Shown: positions 38,518 to 49,060 of the stretch, in pieces
How positions within the stretch are numbered: position 1 is the stretch's first letter
Layout of the letters: every line of letters begins with the position of its first letter
From: a virus
Length of the DNA stretch: 64,000 nucleotides
Reading direction: 5' to 3' (one strand)
IMG/VR virus record: IMGVR_UViG_3300026382_000009
Span: 32,001-96,000 of that record
Made by a program: the position numbers and the translations under genes
The notes under the pieces: model-generated
What the model saw: the letters and a program-made list of their open reading frames with translations, nothing else
Told to the model about the DNA's origin: nothing
Databases searched by the model: none

Positions 38518-38824
38518 TGTTATTCCTTTTTAAATAGTCTAATTCATTTAACATTTCTTTAATTGTATTGATAATTTCTTTATTTCCTTCTACTTCAGCT
38601 TTTTCAACAAATTCATATAAAACATGTATTAATCCATTAACAATAACAAAATCATTAAATGTTATAGCTTTTAAAAAATTAACAAAATTTTCCATGTATT
38701 CAAAAATATCAGTATCAGAATTAAAAGAGAAATTAATCTCTTTATCATTCATTTTGTAATTAAAAATTACTCTTCCATTTTCCATTGTTTCTCCTTTAAC
38801 TTGAGCAACTTTCGCAGACATCAT
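38510..38824 (-). CDS. Hypothetical protein (likely start MENGRV)
   Basis: AAAGGAG before the internal Met; E.FVNFLKAITF motif. Confidence 0.5.
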   Translation of the reverse strand: MMSAKVAQVKGETMENGRVIFNYKMNDKEINFSFNSDTDIFEYMENFVNFLKAITFNDFVIVNGLIHVLYEFVEKAEVEGNKEIINTIKEMLNELDYLKRNNNE

Positions 38825-41534
38825 TATCTGTTTCAGCTTTTAAACTATTCATATAATATAATGTCTTAACTCCTAAACTTTCAGCAAATATAATATCTTC
38901 TATAATTTCAAAAGCACTTTCAGGATTTTTGTAATAAAGATTTACTGATTGTGATTGGTCTAAAAATTTTTGTCTAATTGCTGCAAGTTCTATAAGACGC
39001 TTTTGTGGAATATCCCAAGCCAATTCATAATACATTCTATTTTTATTTAGATTAGGTGCTAAAAATGGTAATGTATATGTTCCTTCTTTTATTATTTTGT
39101 ATTGTCTAATTGGTTCTATTCCTTCTGTGCTTGAAATGACTAATCCAGAAGTATTATGACTGATACATCCATTACTTAATACATATTCTTCATATTCAGG
39201 AACATGTATATCCCAGGTTGGTTCAACACCTACTTTTTTAACTGATTTAACTCCTAATAATAAATTATTTTGTTGTTTAATATTATCCCCATCTTCTAAA
39301 TCCTTTACTTGTTTCCAAATTAATTTGTCATCCTCTGTTTCAACAAGCAATAAATGGTTACCTGTAAATTTATATTTATTTCCATCTTCAAATTCTACTT
39401 CATAAACTTCTCTTTTTCCATTATAATATATTTTATTAGTTTCTTTATAACCAAATCTTGTTTTTACATTAATAGGGGATTTTAATTCATACCAACCAAG
39501 AACTTCTAAGTTTTCTATTGTTTTGTAATCAATACCTCCTTCTTCAAGAATTTCTTGAATTGATTTGATACCATCTTTAGTTATTATCTCATTTTCTTTT
39601 GATTGGCATTGTGTAGGCGCTATTGCAAATAAATTTTCAAATCTTATTCCAAATTCTTTGAGTTCTTTTCTTAAACTTTCCCAATCTTTTTTCATTTCAA
39701 AATTATATTTTTCTGGAAGTTTACTCAATTCCCAAGGAAATAAACCTTTATCCCAAGATGTTCCAGAAATTCCCTTATATTTTCCTCTTTCTTTAGCTAA
39801 TCTTATTGCTTGCTTGATAAAATGATATGTCAAATCTTCAAATAATTCGTGTGTAAATCTTAAAACTTCATCATCAGTAAATTTTATACCTTTACTCGCT
39901 AATAGATTTGCATAATTATTTACACCTATTCCTATACTTCTTAAATCTCTATTAAATTTTTCACCTAAACGAACTTTGTATTTTGCTACATCAAATGCAT
40001 TGTCCATACCTAATAAAATACTATAAGCTAATTCATCTTTTTCTTCTTCTGTCATTTCATACCATTTAACTAAATTAACAGAAGAAAGATTACAAATACC
40101 TATCAAACCATCATATTTTCTTACATTTATCCATTTATCATTATCTGAATCTTTAATTAACTTATCTTCTATAAGTCTAATAGGTTTTGTTCTAACAGTC
40201 ACCTCCATGCAGAGATTACTCATTTTTATAACATCAGGTGATACTCTCTGTTCATTTACATTATCCATACTCATCCAATAAATATTTCCTGTCTCACTTC
40301 TAACTTTAGCATAAAGAAATGCTAATTCTCTTGCTTTAATTTTTCTTTTTCTGATACCAGGTTTTTTAGAATAATAATCATACCACTTATCAAATTCATC
40401 ACCGTATGCTTCTACTAACTCAGGAGTATCTAAAGGATCAAATAAAAATACTTCTTCATCATTTATAATAGCTTCAGAAAATCTTCTATTCCATTTCATT
40501 GTATATTTTAATTTTCTAGCTCTTTCTTCATCAGCACCACCAGCATCTCTTAACATAATTATTTCTGGTGACTCATAATGCCACCAAGCAAAATTAACAA
40601 CCGCTGCACCACTTCTAACACCTCTTTGATTAAATGATGAAATAACACTTTCAAATAATTTAATAAAATAAATAACTCCAGATGTTTTTCCGACTAAATC
40701 TACAATTGCTCCTATAGCTCTTAACAATGTAACATCTATTCCTATTCCACTTCCATATTTAGAATAAATACCCATACTTCTTGCTACTTCTAAAATACTT
40801 TCAGAATCATCATCTACTTCTATTAAAACACAACTTGTTGGATTAAAAACTCTTTCTAAAGCATTCACTATCATAGGTGTAGGAGCAGTAAATTTATGTA
40901 AAGATAAATCATCGTATTTTCTTTTAATTGTTTCTAATCTGTTTTTATCTTTATAATGTAATTGAATAGCAACAGCCATATATCTATGTTGAGGCAATTC
41001 TAAAAATTTTGTTTTACTGTATTTTTTAGCATATTTCTGCATAAACAATTCAAATCCACCAAACGTAAAAAGAAAATCTCTTTCTGGTTTAATATAATCT
41101 CCAAGTTCTTTTAATTCTTCTTCTGTAAAAGTGTCAAAAATTTCTTTATTATAAACCTTGTATTGAATTCCTTTTTGAATAACATCTAAGTAATTAGGAT
41201 ATTCATTTCTACTTACATTCCAAACTTCTTTTCTATATCTCAATATCAATAAATTTTTTGCTATATCATCCCAAACAGGATATAAATCAGAAATAAAATT
41301 TGCACATGTTTCAATTACTTCATCTAATAATTTAATAACTGAAATTTTATTTCCTATTTTCAAATTAATTGCATTTAATACGTCTTTAACAAAAGTATCA
41401 TCATATGGTTCTTGTATGCCTGCTTTATTTACAGCCCATTTAATGACTTTATAAAGTTTTTCTTCAGAATAAGGTTCTTCTCTTCCATCTCTTTTTATGA
41501 CAATATGTTTTTTTCCTTCTTTTAATTCGATCAT
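38796..41534 (-). CDS. nrdA: Ribonucleotide reductase class Ia alpha subunit with ATP cone and intein
   Basis: VIKRDG ATP cone, TSCVL, QRGVRSG, SNLCME, ICNL.SVNL, AIAPT, DQSQS.N, KTLYY, C-terminal CESC. Confidence 0.95.
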   Translation of the reverse strand: MIELKEGKKHIVIKRDGREEPYSEEKLYKVIKWAVNKAGIQEPYDDTFVKDVLNAINLKIGNKISVIKLLDEVIETCANFISDLYPVWDDIAKNLLILRYRKEVWNVSRNEYPNYLDVIQKGIQYKVYNKEIFDTFTEEELKELGDYIKPERDFLFTFGGFELFMQKYAKKYSKTKFLELPQHRYMAVAIQLHYKDKNRLETIKRKYDDLSLHKFTAPTPMIVNALERVFNPTSCVLIEVDDDSESILEVARSMGIYSKYGSGIGIDVTLLRAIGAIVDLVGKTSGVIYFIKLFESVISSFNQRGVRSGAAVVNFAWWHYESPEIIMLRDAGGADEERARKLKYTMKWNRRFSEAIINDEEVFLFDPLDTPELVEAYGDEFDKWYDYYSKKPGIRKRKIKARELAFLYAKVRSETGNIYWMSMDNVNEQRVSPDVIKMSNLCMEVTVRTKPIRLIEDKLIKDSDNDKWINVRKYDGLIGICNLSSVNLVKWYEMTEEEKDELAYSILLGMDNAFDVAKYKVRLGEKFNRDLRSIGIGVNNYANLLASKGIKFTDDEVLRFTHELFEDLTYHFIKQAIRLAKERGKYKGISGTSWDKGLFPWELSKLPEKYNFEMKKDWESLRKELKEFGIRFENLFAIAPTQCQSKENEIITKDGIKSIQEILEEGGIDYKTIENLEVLGWYELKSPINVKTRFGYKETNKIYYNGKREVYEVEFEDGNKYKFTGNHLLLVETEDDKLIWKQVKDLEDGDNIKQQNNLLLGVKSVKKVGVEPTWDIHVPEYEEYVLSNGCISHNTSGLVISSTEGIEPIRQYKIIKEGTYTLPFLAPNLNKNRMYYELAWDIPQKRLIELAAIRQKFLDQSQSVNLYYKNPESAFEIIEDIIFAESLGVKTLYYMNSLKAETDNDVCESCSS
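39153..39608 (-). mobile_element. Mini-intein (152 aa, no homing endonuclease) in NrdA
   Basis: AIAPTQ|CQSKENEI...FTGNH (block B)...TWDIHV...SNGCISHN|TSGL; removal restores AIAPTQTSGL..STEGIEP. Confidence 0.92.
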
Positions 41535-41543
41535 TTCACCCCT

Positions 41544-42233
41544 TTATAATTCTATTCCTAATTTATTTAGTTCTTCCAAATATTTTTCTGTATATGAAAC
41601 AATACCAGAATTAACACCCATATCAGCTATTAAATTTCCAAAATTATCAAATAAAATATTTCCTGTTGGTGTTCTTATTAAAAATACTTTTTTAAAATCA
41701 TCATTTTCTAAAACTTTTTCTATACTTATATCGATACCTAGATCTTTTTTAAAATTTTTAATAAAAATATTTTTATTGAATTTTTTATTGACATTGTTTT
41801 TATAATTTTTAAACCATGTTGTTTCTTTAAAATCTGTTGTACCAATACTAATTAAATTAAAAACTAAACTTCTAAATTCACTTTCTGGATAATTTTTTCC
41901 TATGTTATATCTTTTTCTGTTTCCAAAAACATCTGTTGTTTCAATAATCAAAGACCTTTTTCTCAAAATTAATTTAAGATATTTTTTCAAATTAGTAATT
42001 TTAATAATTATTGATTTATTTTTAATCAAATATTCTTTCCAATTTTCAATTTCATAAAATGAATTTGGATTTAAACCAACAATATTATCTTTTCCAAACA
42101 TTTTTTCTAAAATATCCAAAAAATTATAAGGAAACTCATTAAAATCTTTTATTTCTAATTCTTCTATTACTAAATTTAGTAATTCTTCTAATTCTTTTGT
42201 AAAAATTTTTTCAAATCCGTCAAAACAAATCAT
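41544..42233 (-). CDS. Hypothetical protein
   Basis: RBS AAAGGAG and upstream promoter. Confidence 0.5.
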   Translation of the reverse strand: MICFDGFEKIFTKELEELLNLVIEELEIKDFNEFPYNFLDILEKMFGKDNIVGLNPNSFYEIENWKEYLIKNKSIIIKITNLKKYLKLILRKRSLIIETTDVFGNRKRYNIGKNYPESEFRSLVFNLISIGTTDFKETTWFKNYKNNVNKKFNKNIFIKNFKKDLGIDISIEKVLENDDFKKVFLIRTPTGNILFDNFGNLIADMGVNSGIVSYTEKYLEELNKLGIEL

Positions 42234-42257
42234 GCAAACTCCTTTATTTTTTGTTAA

Positions 42258-42286
42258 ATTATATAATGTTTTTAATTAAAAGTAAA
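42258..42286 (-). promoter_or_regulatory. Early promoter (G)TTTACT-N17-TATAAT driving the RNR operon
   Basis: Matches T4-like early promoter architecture. Confidence 0.65.
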
Positions 42287-42294
42287 CTTTTAAT

Positions 42295-42741
42295 TCATGA
42301 ACATAGAAAATTTATTAATTTTTGTTTTAAATTAATTTTTTTCATGTCAAATTCCTTTAAAAGATATTTAGCTTTGAGTATGAGAGATTCAATATTATAT
42401 TTTTCATATAAACCTTTACATATATCAAATCCTTTAGTATTCATTTCATCATGAAGATTTTTCACATAAAATAATTCATCCATGTCTTTGCTTGTTATTC
42501 TTAAACTCACGTCGGTACCATATAGTCGTAATTCTAAAGAAAAATTTTCTCCATCTATCTTTATTTCTTTTGTCAAAGAAAATAAAATATTACCACATGA
42601 AATCTTACTTATTCCAATTGATTTTGCAAATTTCTCAAAATCTTTATGAATATCTTTATCCATTAATTTCATTTGAAGTTTGTGTAATTCTTTTATTTTT
42701 TCTAAAAATTTTTTGTATATCATATTTTCTCCTTTAAACAA
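42295..42741 (-). CDS. Hypothetical protein (likely start MIYKK)
   Basis: AAAGGAG before the second Met. Confidence 0.45.
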   Translation of the reverse strand: MFKGENMIYKKFLEKIKELHKLQMKLMDKDIHKDFEKFAKSIGISKISCGNILFSLTKEIKIDGENFSLELRLYGTDVSLRITSKDMDELFYVKNLHDEMNTKGFDICKGLYEKYNIESLILKAKYLLKEFDMKKINLKQKLINFLCS

Positions 42742-45250
42742 TTAATTTTTCTATAACTTTTAAATAATCATCACTAATATAATAACTATTATATTTGTAT
42801 TTGTATCCAAGTTCTTTTAAAAAAGATTTTAATTCTTTATTCAATTCTTTAGGAACAAATCTTTGTTTTAGTTTTAAATTATCTTTGTAATACAGCATCT
42901 TTTTCATCAGTTTAATTTTTTCTAAACCTATTCCATTTTTTTCTAAAATACTAAGATAATTTACTAAATCTTCTTTTTTCATTAAAAATAATTTATGATT
43001 TATCATTTTATTAAAATCTTTTTTATTTTTTAAAATTATTTTTAAAAGTTGAATTTTTTCATCTTCAGAACTAAAGGTCAAAAACTTTTCATAGTATTTT
43101 ATCTTTTGTTCTTCATTGTATGTTAAATCATTATTTTTTAATCTATTAATTAAAAGTTCTATTTTTTGTTGTTCTTTTTCTTTAATTTGTCGTTTGATTT
43201 CTTTTAAATTTAATGTCGTTTTTTCTTCAACAATTTTTATAGATTGTGTATTAAATTGATGCTCAAGCAATTTCAAAAAACTTTTTTTATGATTAACTTC
43301 TAATAAATTCAAAAAAGTTTCAATTTCAAACATAAATTCACCAAAATTATTTATAATTTTGTTGCCAAATTCATCAAAAGAAAAATATATTGATTCATCT
43401 AAAAAATATAAATATTCATTTTTTAAAATTTCTTTATCTATAATTTTAAATTTTTTTATATCTTTTACAAAAAAAATTATTTTTTCAGCGAATCTATTTC
43501 TTTTTAATTGCTGTAATGAAGAAATTACATCTATTGTTTGACTTTCATCTATATGATAATGTATTTTGACATTTGGACAATTTATTGAAATTCCAACAGT
43601 AATAGTTGGTGTATAAACCAATGCATCCCATGTAGCTTCTTGTGAAAACGTTTCAAATATTTTATTTTTTTCTTCTTCAGACGTGTCCCCATTTAAAAAT
43701 ACAACTTTTTTTCCTTTTTGTTTCAAAAGTTCACTTATCAAATATCCTGTATTTTTGTTTGATACAGAAATAGTAATTTTTTCTTTTTCATTCAAAATTT
43801 TTGAGATAATAGTATTTTTATCAGTAAATTGAATTAATTCAATATTATCTTTATATTCATTAAAAATATATTTCTTTTTTCTATTTTTGAAAAAATCAGG
43901 TTCAATTTCTAAAAACGCATCAAGTAAAATGAGTTTAAATTTTTTATTTGTTAATATTTTATATAATTTCATTTTATTTAAAACTGATTTATCAGTTAAA
44001 TTAGATAATAAATGAATAAGCAATGAAATATATTCATCAATTATTACAACATCAAAATTTTTGATATCATATTTCCATAAGCTGTCAAACTGCGTTACAA
44101 GATGTCCATTATTCTGATAATCATCGTAATAAATATTAATGTTATACTTTTTTGAAATATCTTCAGCTAAACTTCTTCTATTTGTTATGAATAAACATCT
44201 TTTATTATTTTTTGTAAAATAATTAAGATATTTAGCAATCAAATTTGATTTTCCTGTTCCCATTGGTGATTTTATTTTTAAAACATCGAAATCTTCTATG
44301 ATTTCTAAAGATACATATCTTTCATTTATAAAAATTGTATTTTTTTGCTTTAATTTCAATTTTATGGCATTTATTGATAATTTTTCTAGTTTTTTATCTA
44401 ATTTTTCTTCATTTTTTCTATTTATAAATTCTTTTACAGATTTCAATTTAGAAATATCTTTATAAAAGTTTATTGATTTAGATGGATCAAAGTGATGTAA
44501 AATAAAAGGATTATTTTTAAAAAGAAAATATCCTTTAGGTGTTTTTTCATTAGGATGTCTAAAAACTAACAAATCTCCTTTATCTTGAACAACAGAAAAT
44601 CCAAGACCATTAAGATATTTTATACTCTCAAATAAAATATCTTCATATCCTTCATTTTTAATTATTTTCTTTTTAATTTTTGGGAGTTTTTTTATTTCAC
44701 CTTTGTGAAATATTACAAAATCATTATTGAGAGTTGGTGCTTGAAATGTTGCTTCTCTAATTACAGATAAATCTGTTTTTCCTAATCCTTTGATTAAAAA
44801 ATTTATATTTAAAAGAAATTGTTTCAAAGACTCTTCATTATTTGAACCTTCTACTAAAATTGCACCTTTTAAATTGTATTTTCCTTTTCCATAACTTCTA
44901 CTAGGTAAAACGAAAAAATAATAATTTTCTTTTTTAAGAATTTCAACAATTTTTTCTGAATCTTCTTTTGAAAAAACATCATCAATATCTAAAACAATAT
45001 ATTGAACTTGTTTACAAAGATAATCTTTTAATTCTCTTTTTAATCTTTTTTTGATGACAGGTTCTTTGATATTATAACAACGATTTAAATGAAAATGATT
45101 TATGAAATAATAAGGAAGATTTTCAAATGAAGTTTTAATTGTCCTAAATTCGAAAGTATTGTCACCATATGGAGAAATAGGAAATTTAGAAGTGCTTTTT
45201 GAATTAAAAATTGTAATTTTTATATTATTAATATTTTTATCCATTTTCAC
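42734..45250 (-). CDS. Origin-binding-protein (UL9)-like SF2 helicase with possible N-terminal primase-like domain
   Basis: IKSPMGTGKS, ITNRRSLA, QFDSL, IIDE, LLDA, YTPTITVGISI, QQLKRNR; N-terminal IVLDID and LPSRS motifs. Confidence 0.72.
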   Translation of the reverse strand: MKMDKNINNIKITIFNSKSTSKFPISPYGDNTFEFRTIKTSFENLPYYFINHFHLNRCYNIKEPVIKKRLKRELKDYLCKQVQYIVLDIDDVFSKEDSEKIVEILKKENYYFFVLPSRSYGKGKYNLKGAILVEGSNNEESLKQFLLNINFLIKGLGKTDLSVIREATFQAPTLNNDFVIFHKGEIKKLPKIKKKIIKNEGYEDILFESIKYLNGLGFSVVQDKGDLLVFRHPNEKTPKGYFLFKNNPFILHHFDPSKSINFYKDISKLKSVKEFINRKNEEKLDKKLEKLSINAIKLKLKQKNTIFINERYVSLEIIEDFDVLKIKSPMGTGKSNLIAKYLNYFTKNNKRCLFITNRRSLAEDISKKYNINIYYDDYQNNGHLVTQFDSLWKYDIKNFDVVIIDEYISLLIHLLSNLTDKSVLNKMKLYKILTNKKFKLILLDAFLEIEPDFFKNRKKKYIFNEYKDNIELIQFTDKNTIISKILNEKEKITISVSNKNTGYLISELLKQKGKKVVFLNGDTSEEEKNKIFETFSQEATWDALVYTPTITVGISINCPNVKIHYHIDESQTIDVISSLQQLKRNRFAEKIIFFVKDIKKFKIIDKEILKNEYLYFLDESIYFSFDEFGNKIINNFGEFMFEIETFLNLLEVNHKKSFLKLLEHQFNTQSIKIVEEKTTLNLKEIKRQIKEKEQQKIELLINRLKNNDLTYNEEQKIKYYEKFLTFSSEDEKIQLLKIILKNKKDFNKMINHKLFLMKKEDLVNYLSILEKNGIGLEKIKLMKKMLYYKDNLKLKQRFVPKELNKELKSFLKELGYKYKYNSYYISDDYLKVIEKLIV

Positions 45251-45281
45251 ACCTTAAATTCTTTTTTATTTTCATCTACCG

Positions 45282-45366
45282 TGTGCTCTGTTTAATTTTC
45301 TCTTTTTTGAAATATAAAATATTATCAAAAATTAAAAGACCTCTTACAGGTGTTCTGAGAGGTCTT
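45282..45366. repeat. Dispersed inverted-repeat element, divergent copy C
   Basis: TGTGCTCT...AAATATAAA.TAT.ATCAAA.AATTAAA...GAGAGG aligns with copy A (1780-1860); local hairpin AAGACCTCT/AGAGGTCTT. Confidence 0.65.
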
Positions 45367-45417
45367 GTAATGTTACATATAATTTTAATAAATTTTTATT
45401 AAATTGAAATTAATTTT

Positions 45418-46194
45418 TTAGATTTTGGTTTTAAATTGTTCAAAATCCTCTTCTCCATCACAATAACCAAATTTTTTAAATGGACACCAATCACAAAGAG
45501 GCGATATATTTTTATCAAATTTAGATTCATTTTCTACAGGTTTTATATATTCTACCATTTTTTTAATTAATTCATTTAATTGCTCTCTATAATATGTTCT
45601 TAAAACATATTTATTGTGTTCTACAAAATAAAAATAAGCTTCAATTTTTTTGACATTAGGAAATTTTAAAAAAATCCAAATGCTATAAATTATTAACTGC
45701 ATTTCATTTTGATCTTCTTTAAATTTACCAGTTTTCCAATCAACAATAATAGCAATATCGTCTTTAATGGCTAAAAAATCTATAAAGCCTCTTATTAAAA
45801 TATTTTCTTTTTCATTTTTATTACTTTTACTTTCATATTCATCAGGTATAATTTTATCTTTTCCTTTTTTAGATAAATCAAGTTTTAATGAAAAACCTTT
45901 TTCTATGTATTTTTCTTTCAATGATTTAAAAAAAGAATAATGTGGTGATATTACAAAATTATTAAAAATTTGATCATATTTTTGAATATCTTCTTTTTTA
46001 GATAATTCAAAAGAAAAATCTTTGTTTTTGTTTGTTAAATCACATTCTATTAAATGATGTAAATATTTACCTTTTTCTAAAGCAATATTAGTTTCAAATG
46101 GAATTTTTATTTTATCGATATATTGCAATTTGAATTTTCTTGGACAATGATAAAAAGCTCCAAGCTTAGAAAAACTATAAGGTGCGTATTTCAT
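45418..46194 (-). CDS. Cas4/RecB-like PD-(D/E)XK exonuclease with Fe-S ligands
   Basis: SFSKL...CPRKF, G..LH, GFID, VDWKTG, Q..IY, CDWCPF....C. Confidence 0.85.
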   Translation of the reverse strand: MKYAPYSFSKLGAFYHCPRKFKLQYIDKIKIPFETNIALEKGKYLHHLIECDLTNKNKDFSFELSKKEDIQKYDQIFNNFVISPHYSFFKSLKEKYIEKGFSLKLDLSKKGKDKIIPDEYESKSNKNEKENILIRGFIDFLAIKDDIAIIVDWKTGKFKEDQNEMQLIIYSIWIFLKFPNVKKIEAYFYFVEHNKYVLRTYYREQLNELIKKMVEYIKPVENESKFDKNISPLCDWCPFKKFGYCDGEEDFEQFKTKI

Positions 46195-46211
46195 TTTTTA
46201 TCCTAAAAAAA

Positions 46212-46499
46212 TTAAATCAATGATGCTATTGAATTCAATAAATCTTCATCTCTCTTTATAATATCTTCAATAGCATCAACCAAATCTTTTTCTTGTGAAT
46301 ATTGTTCTTTTAATTCTTTTTTAATTTCTTTAATAGCTTTATCTATTTCTTTGATAAGAATTCCATTTTCTTTTGCTTCTTGTTTAATTGCTTTCATATC
46401 TTCTTTAATACCTTTTATTTCCATTTCTAATGCAATTAGTTGTTTTACATATTTTTTAATTTGTTCTTCTTGATTTTGAATTTCAGTAATCATACACAT
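46212..46499 (-). CDS. dsDNA-binding protein (T4 DsbA/GapR-like)
   Basis: IKEDMKAIKQEAKENG motif; size and context. Confidence 0.6.
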   Translation of the reverse strand: MCMITEIQNQEEQIKKYVKQLIALEMEIKGIKEDMKAIKQEAKENGILIKEIDKAIKEIKKELKEQYSQEKDLVDAIEDIIKRDEDLLNSIASLI

Positions 46500-46500
46500 T

Positions 46501-46950
46501 TTACACTCCTAATTTGTTTTTAATTTCTTGATAAACATTTAACATATCATCTTTTTCTTTGAATTTCCAATAAACAAATTTAGAAATTTTTATCATATCA
46601 CCACTTTTATAATCTTTTACATCAATACCAAAATCAAGATTAAAAATTATCTTGTTTATTTCATTTATTTCATAAGAAATAGTGTTAATATGATTTTTAT
46701 TAACAATTTCATCTTGAATTGAACATATTAGAAAATTCTCTTTTACGTAATCTAAGTTTAAAAGTTTATTTTTTAATTTATCAAAATCATAATCATTATT
46801 AAATTCTTGTATATAAAAATCAGCTGTATCTTTTCCTAAAATATTTATAGCATTTGAAAAATTAAAAATAATTTGTTTTTTTCTTTTATTAAAAATTATT
46901 GTTGCAACTTTTTTTAAATTAACAATTTTTTTACTCAGTTCTATGAACAT
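46501..46950 (-). CDS. Hypothetical protein with internal duplication
   Basis: IVN....TI......IIFN occurs twice. Confidence 0.5.
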   Translation of the reverse strand: MFIELSKKIVNLKKVATIIFNKRKKQIIFNFSNAINILGKDTADFYIQEFNNDYDFDKLKNKLLNLDYVKENFLICSIQDEIVNKNHINTISYEINEINKIIFNLDFGIDVKDYKSGDMIKISKFVYWKFKEKDDMLNVYQEIKNKLGV

Positions 46951-46976
46951 CGTTAACTCCTTTCCATTTTTGTAGT

Positions 46977-48005
46977 TTATAATAATTTTAATTTTAATTT
47001 TCCTTTAAAACCTTTATAAATATTATCTAAAATCAAATGTTTGATCATATCTTTATTCCATCCATTTTGAATAAGTTCATTAAAATCTTTTGCAGAAATT
47101 GGTTCACCTTTGTAAATTTTTGGCCAAATAAATACATAATAATCATCAATATATTTTAAACTTTGATTTCTTGATGCTTCATCGTAATTTTGATTATCTA
47201 AACAAAATATTGGTTTTTCTAATTTGTCCAATAAATCTTGAGGAAAACTAATTCCTAAGTTTGCCACAATTCTATTAAGAGGTAAACCACTACTTAAAGC
47301 ATCAAATACAGATTCAAAAATAAAAACAGCTTTATCCCAATCAACATTAAAAATGTTCCATACTTTTAATCCATGATTTGGTAAAAAAGTATAAAATTCT
47401 TTTTTATCTAATTTTCTTGATTGAAATCCATATAGTTTTCCATCTTTTTCAAGTGGTATAATTATACTATTTTTAATAAAAAGTGTTTTATCTTTTAATT
47501 TAACATTACTTTCACAATAATAAAATAAATCTGTATATTGACTAAGACCTCTTTTTGCAAGATAATCTTCTGCAGGTGTTCCTTTTATTTTAACAAATTC
47601 TTTTGGAACATCAAAAAGAATAAATTCATTTTTGAATTTTTTGCCAGACTTTTCATTTAATTCTTTTATTTCATTTATTTGTTTTGATTTATTTTTAAGT
47701 TTTTCTAAATAAATTTTTCTTATTTCTGTTTTATATTGTTCATATAAATTCATATTTACAGTTTTAAGATATGTTTTTAAAGAGCCTGAAAAGCCACAAT
47801 TAAAACATTTTACATTTGGTTTTTTTAAATAATGATCAAAATAAAAATGAAGACGTTGTTTTTTATTCCAAGATTTTCCTTCTCTACAAATAGGACAACA
47901 AATAGCAATATCACATTCTTTTTCTTTTGGTGGTAAATCACTTATGTTTGTCAATTTAAAATAGTATTTTTCTCGCTCATCTAAATGACACATTTTTAAC
48001 TCCAT
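46977..48005 (-). CDS. gp61: DNA primase (gp61-like)
   Basis: CPICRE...CFNCG zinc motif, YL.KRG, GFQSR, FESVFDA, LDN, KDFNE. Confidence 0.88.
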   Translation of the reverse strand: MELKMCHLDEREKYYFKLTNISDLPPKEKECDIAICCPICREGKSWNKKQRLHFYFDHYLKKPNVKCFNCGFSGSLKTYLKTVNMNLYEQYKTEIRKIYLEKLKNKSKQINEIKELNEKSGKKFKNEFILFDVPKEFVKIKGTPAEDYLAKRGLSQYTDLFYYCESNVKLKDKTLFIKNSIIIPLEKDGKLYGFQSRKLDKKEFYTFLPNHGLKVWNIFNVDWDKAVFIFESVFDALSSGLPLNRIVANLGISFPQDLLDKLEKPIFCLDNQNYDEASRNQSLKYIDDYYVFIWPKIYKGEPISAKDFNELIQNGWNKDMIKHLILDNIYKGFKGKLKLKLL

Positions 48006-49060
48006 TCATTAATATTAGATGTTTTATGATTATTTTGATGTAACTTTTCTTGAACTTTAGCTTGCATTGTAAAATCATTCATATTCATAAATTGTTCATT
48101 GAGATTAAATTTTAACAAAAACTTCTGAATGCATTGACCATTATAATTAACCTCTTTTTCTAAATATGTTTTCCAAATTTTATCTTCAATTTCTTTTGGA
48201 ATAAAATCAAAATCAATTAATGTTTTATTTCTTTCATAATTATATCTAAATTTTTTATTTTGTAAAGCTTCTTCTAACTGATCATTGTTCAAAAATTTTA
48301 ATGCTGTTTTTTCACCAAATCGAGCTTTTTTATAAACATCTTTTTCAGGATATTTTTCTTGAAATTTTTGTTTTAATTTTTCAAATAAATCTTTATAATC
48401 ATATTCTAATTTTTCAACATCATATATATAAACATTACTGTCTTTTAAAAATTTAATAAAATCTTGTGAATATTCTAATCCTTCTTTTACTGATGGAATA
48501 TTGTCAGATTTATCTCCAATCAACACATGAATATCTTTAAATAGTTTAACGTTTTCAATTGAATCATCTATATCTTTTTGTTTAATTGGATCATATATTT
48601 TTGCATTGTATAAAAGACATTGTTTCATATCTTTGTCTGATGTAACTATAATTACATTATTTATTTTTTTAGCTAATACAGCAATAATATCATCAGCTTC
48701 TGCTTCATCTATTTTTAAAACTTTATAAGGAAAACATTTATCTAAAATATTTATAAAAGCTTCTAATTTAGAAAAATATTCATTGAAATCAATTTCACTT
48801 TCATCTCTATTTTTCTTTCTATTACTTTTGTAATCAGGACAAATCTTTTTTCTCCAATTGTTTTTTCCATCAATTGCAAGAATAATTTCATTGTTAGGAA
48901 ATTTTTTTGAAATATGTCTCAAAGAATTTAACATAAGATGATAAAACATCGGCATAAATTCATCAGTGACAAATTTTCCACTAACTTTTTTTGGTTTTAC
49001 AAGAGAAATAGCCGTATAAAGATTACGATGAGAAAGATGACTAAAATCTACTATTATCAT
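47996..49060 (-). CDS. rnh: RNase H / 5'-3' exonuclease
   Basis: IIVDFS, WRK...PDYK.NR, EADDII, SDKD, GDKSDNIP, RN..LIDF..IP. Confidence 0.9.
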   Translation of the reverse strand: MIIVDFSHLSHRNLYTAISLVKPKKVSGKFVTDEFMPMFYHLMLNSLRHISKKFPNNEIILAIDGKNNWRKKICPDYKSNRKKNRDESEIDFNEYFSKLEAFINILDKCFPYKVLKIDEAEADDIIAVLAKKINNVIIVTSDKDMKQCLLYNAKIYDPIKQKDIDDSIENVKLFKDIHVLIGDKSDNIPSVKEGLEYSQDFIKFLKDSNVYIYDVEKLEYDYKDLFEKLKQKFQEKYPEKDVYKKARFGEKTALKFLNNDQLEEALQNKKFRYNYERNKTLIDFDFIPKEIEDKIWKTYLEKEVNYNGQCIQKFLLKFNLNEQFMNMNDFTMQAKVQEKLHQNNHKTSNINEWS

